Notes under the pieces: model-generated
Seen by the model: the letters and a program-made list of their open reading frames with translations, nothing else
Database searches by the model: none
Told to the model about the DNA's origin: nothing
Shown: in pieces, positions 51,802 through 52,387 of the stretch
How positions within the stretch are numbered: position 1 is the first letter of the stretch
Layout: every line of letters starts with the position of its first letter
Made by a program: the position numbers and the translations under genes
NCBI GenBank assembly: GCA_011176635.1
Contig: DUEC01000014.1
Coordinates: 1-52,387 of the forward strand
Direction: 5' to 3'
DNA length: 52,387 bases
Source: Dehalococcoidia bacterium
Lineage (GTDB): Bacteria; Chloroflexota; Dehalococcoidia; Dehalococcoidales; BS750m-G39

Positions 51802-52387
51802 ATGGAAGCCGCTCTTATAGTTATCTTCATCCTCGTCGGGATGACCATAGCCAGCTTCCTCAATGTCTGCATCGACCGCCTGCCCGCCAACGAGTCGCTG
51901 ATTTTCCCCGCCTCTCACTGCGCCTCCTGCCAGCGCCGCCTGACGGTAAAAGACCTGATTCCCGTTTTCAGCTACCTGTGGCTGCGCGGCCGCTGCCGCT
52001 ACTGCCAGGCCCAAATCCCCAGGCGCATACTCTGGGTGGAGCTCGGCACCGGCCTCCTTTTCGGCTACCTCTACTGGCACTACGGCTTGAGCGCCGAGCT
52101 GACTATCGCCGCCTTCTACAGCTGTCTTTTCATCGTGCTTATGGTCATCGACCTGGAGCGGGGGCTTATCCTGAATAAGATAGTCTACCCGGCTATGGGG
52201 GTGGCTCTGCTCCTCAGCACCTTCTTCAGCATCTTCCTGCCCGATATAGAGATTGTCCCCTTCATCGGCAGGGCGGCTATCGGCGGCGGCATGGGGCTGG
52301 TGGTTTTCTTTCTCATAGTCATTATCTCCCGGGGGGGGATGGGCTGGGGAGACGTTAAGCTGGCGGCGCTAATCGGCCTGGTCACCG
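51802..52387 (+). CDS. pilD: Prepilin peptidase (A24 family, PilD), 3' end outside window; not in the supplied ORF track
   Basis: My manual translation from ATG 51802 gives MEAALIVIFILVGMTIASFLNVCIDRLP..HCASCQRRL..IPVFSYLWLRGRCRYCQAQI..LMVIDLERG..GMGWGDVKLAA. The frame stays open to the window end. Confidence 0.85.
   Translation, partial: MEAALIVIFILVGMTIASFLNVCIDRLPANESLIFPASHCASCQRRLTVKDLIPVFSYLWLRGRCRYCQAQIPRRILWVELGTGLLFGYLYWHYGLSAELTIAAFYSCLFIVLMVIDLERGLILNKIVYPAMGVALLLSTFFSIFLPDIEIVPFIGRAAIGGGMGLVVFFLIVIISRGGMGWGDVKLAALIGLVT

Noticed and set aside
51769-52080. 103-aa minus-strand ORF, plus 51978-52178 (+) and 52185-52385 (-)
   Set aside because: The + frame starting at 51802 gives an unmistakable prepilin peptidase sequence that runs open to the window end. 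These three ORFs are antisense or off-frame shadows of it.
1-52387. Search for a phage-defence-type system (nuclease/helicase/methylase/toxin-antitoxin pairs)
   Set aside because: I recognised no such gene set. The only nuclease-like fold is the degenerate Mrr-like module in the pilus proteins, and it lacks conserved catalytic residues.

Overview
This 52.4 kb chromosomal window appears to come from an anaerobe. I guess Chloroflexota/Dehalococcoidia-like, based on C1-pathway genes, tungsten AORs and a pilus locus with no secretin; that is inference only. It has four blocks. (1) 1-9.0 kb holds core C1 and redox genes: the fdhA 3' part, metV, a histidine kinase, metF, two CheY-like receivers, and an AprBA-like flavoprotein/ferredoxin pair. 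(2) 9.1-13.6 kb is an accessory cassette whose 3' part is strikingly AT-rich. It consists of two convergent operons, each preceded by the same 62-bp promoter/leader in inverted orientation. One encodes a membrane-anchored Asp-box propeller protein plus an unknown protein. The other encodes a 63-aa peptide, a strong hairpin, and a cobalamin-type radical SAM enzyme with a fused PqqD-like peptide-recognition domain. This is my best candidate for an undescribed RiPP-like system. (3) 13.8-35.3 kb is a ~21.5 kb catabolic island bounded by a 19-bp direct repeat that duplicates the 3' end of tRNA-Val. Its cargo is two AOR paralogs, a glutamate-mutase-like B12 E/S pair embedded among three family-III CoA-transferases, a fused family-I CoA-transferase whose SENG motif reads TGNG, a crotonase, an esterase, a PrpD-family protein, three SDRs plus an NmrA-like protein, and an Fe-S/flavoprotein pair. 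(4) 35.4-52.4 kb is a monoderm-type type IV pilus locus. A ~105-aa Mrr-like module occurs four times in it: twice at the PilB N-terminus and twice in a separate multi-zinc-ribbon protein. The locus also has tandem PilX-like beta-helix proteins and shared promoter-proximal motifs. All function calls come from reading motifs by eye; no database search was possible.
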